DNA of 64,000 bases from Rhina ancylostomus (Eukaryota), in NCBI GenBank assembly GCA_030265395.1, contig JARFYF010000017.1:37187139-37251138 (forward strand), given 5' to 3'. Below, piece after piece: positions 1-64,000 of this stretch; the stretch's first letter is position 1, and every line of letters starts with the position of its first letter. The position numbers and the translations under genes are program-made. The notes beneath the pieces are model-generated. The model had not been told where the DNA came from. It did not search any database and worked only from the letters and a program-made list of their open reading frames with translations.

Positions 1-253
1 GTGCGGGGCAAGTTGTTTTTTTTACACCGAGTGTTGGGGGCCTGGAATGCACTGCCTGGGGTGGTGGTAGAGGCAAATAAGATCGTAGTTTTCAAATGGC
101 TCTTAGATAGGCACATGTATATGCAGGAAATGTAAGGATGTAGATATTTAGGCAGAAGGGATTAGTTGGGCATTTGATTACTAATTTAGTTAGACTGGCA
201 CAACATTGTGGGCTGAAGGGCCTGTTCCATGCTGTACTGTTCTATGTTCCATG
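1..253 (+). mobile_element. CR1 LINE 3' end
   Basis: CR1 ORF2 C-terminus (...WNALPGVVVEA...) followed by 3' UTR ending gggctgaagggcctgtt...ttctatgttccatg. Confidence 0.8.
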
Positions 254-928
254 ACACAACTATACAATACATTCAGCATTAAATGAATTGGGATTTTTTT
301 GGCATAATTGTGTTGATTGTGGTAAAGTCCTGAAATTAAATACTTGGGCCACATTTCGTCAGATGTGAAGGGGCATCCGGAAAGTTGTAACAACAACTAA
401 AATGTGCTTTTTTAACAATAAGGTCAGAAGTAAAGACAATGTGCGATGCTACCACATTAAAGTCAGGATTTTTCTCTGTTATGCAAGTTACTTTTCTTAG
501 TTTCAGAGTTACTGACTGCTCCTGTATGTTGCAAATGACCCATAATGTTCAACATCCCAGTAACAGTGAGGTAAAGGCATTGCTGCAGAAAACCCTTACT
601 AACTCAGTTAGAGCCTGAAATTTACCAACTGCATTCATTACTCTTTGAAGGTAGAATGAACCTACATTGTTAAACAGAGAAGGCTCTGACCCAACAATTG
701 AAAGTACAGTACCCTGTAAAACATAGCAAAATNNNNNNNNNNNNNNNNNNNNNNNNNNNNNNNNNNNTTCAAATTCTTCACATAAAAAAGGGAACTGCTG
801 TTAGTGAACCTTTATTCAAGTATTCAAGAGCAGGTACAGGAATAAAATTCCAAAATGTTATAATGCAGAAAATAATAAGGCATGCATGTCTTGAGTTATA
901 CTGAAATATGGTAAGGATTGCACCATAC

Positions 929-63083
<62,155 letters not shown>

Positions 63084-64000
63084 CTGTTAGAAAATAGATG
63101 GCACTTGATATTTAAAATCGTTTCATTTCCTTCTAAAATTGTTAACAATATATGTGCATGCACTGACGACAACTATGTCAACATAAAGTGAAAAAAAAGA
63201 GAAAATGTGTGAATTGACTAATTTCCACAATATATCTACATATATCTTTTCAACAATTGCCAGGGCTCTCCTACGACTCTGGTCTTTTAACACATTGAAT
63301 GTAATCCTCATCCCTACCCTTCACATAACATTACATTCCAGAAATCCCTCTTAAATATCCCAGACTCTCCACTTCCTCTTTTTCTGTACAGTCCACAAAT
63401 CAATTATTCTTGGGGTTGATTTTTTGGCTCATTTCTGTGAAGTGTGTTTGGATTTTTGCCTCTTTATTTTGATGTTAAAGTGTGCTGTTTAAATTCAAGT
63501 TTTCTTATGAAATAACTTGCACTTATAAACCATCAGTTGGCAGAATCATCTGGATTATCCCACAGATCCTGAAGGTAGGAATGCCTGTTGCTACGTGTAT
63601 TCAAAGCAGCCACTTTATAAACAGTTAATTCCTATAAATGTTGACATACTCTGGGAACTAACTGTTCGTAAAACGGTGATGATAAGCCTACTTTTCATGA
63701 CATTGGTTGCAGCAGGAAATTTCATAGGACATTGGCATTAATACAGAAAGCCACAGAGCAATCAGTTTTGGAGGACAGAAGGAAGAATCTCAGTGGTTAA
63801 AAGCCAAAAGAAAACAAGAACTTCAGGACCCTAGTGCTAACATCATAAAACCTCAACAGCAGAACACTGCTATTTTATGTCCATAGCTATAATTCAAACT
63901 AATTAAGGGACAGTAGCATTAAATAACTGGGAGCCCCATCATTCCTCTCACTTATTTCTGTTCACATTTCAACCAGTTTTGTTTATGAAAAATAGTATCA

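Overview
Vertebrate nuclear DNA, almost certainly from a cartilaginous fish (shark/ray), judged from its repeats: HE1-like V-SINEs, a Deu-domain SINE, CR1 LINEs and Penelope-associated hairpins. It is a draft scaffold with several N gaps. The whole window lies inside one minus-strand gene, an outer-arm axonemal dynein heavy chain of the DNAH5/DNAH8 group, closer to DNAH5. I traced 37 consecutive GT-AG exons from 63083 down to 929. Their phases are all compatible and they total 6474 nt (2158 codons), running from the tail through the linker and AAA1-AAA3 into AAA4; both gene ends lie outside the window. Most exon sizes match my recollection of human DNAH5 exons ~18-54, which I could not verify here. 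Introns (91 bp to ~4.7 kb) are filled with decayed CR1, L2, RTE, Rex/Babar, Penelope, SINE, LTR and MITE fragments. I cannot demonstrate a new biological system. The best leads are: (i) degenerate minimal hammerhead-ribozyme motifs in dispersed palindromic repeats linked to a Penelope GIY-YIG relic; (ii) an antisense intronic ORF resembling a Rap1/TERF2IP-type Myb domain; (iii) a 96-bp, 92%-identical inverted duplication; (iv) a young CpG-rich LTR spanning a gap; (v) substitutions suggesting a divergent DNAH5-like paralog; (vi) a competing out-of-frame splice donor.
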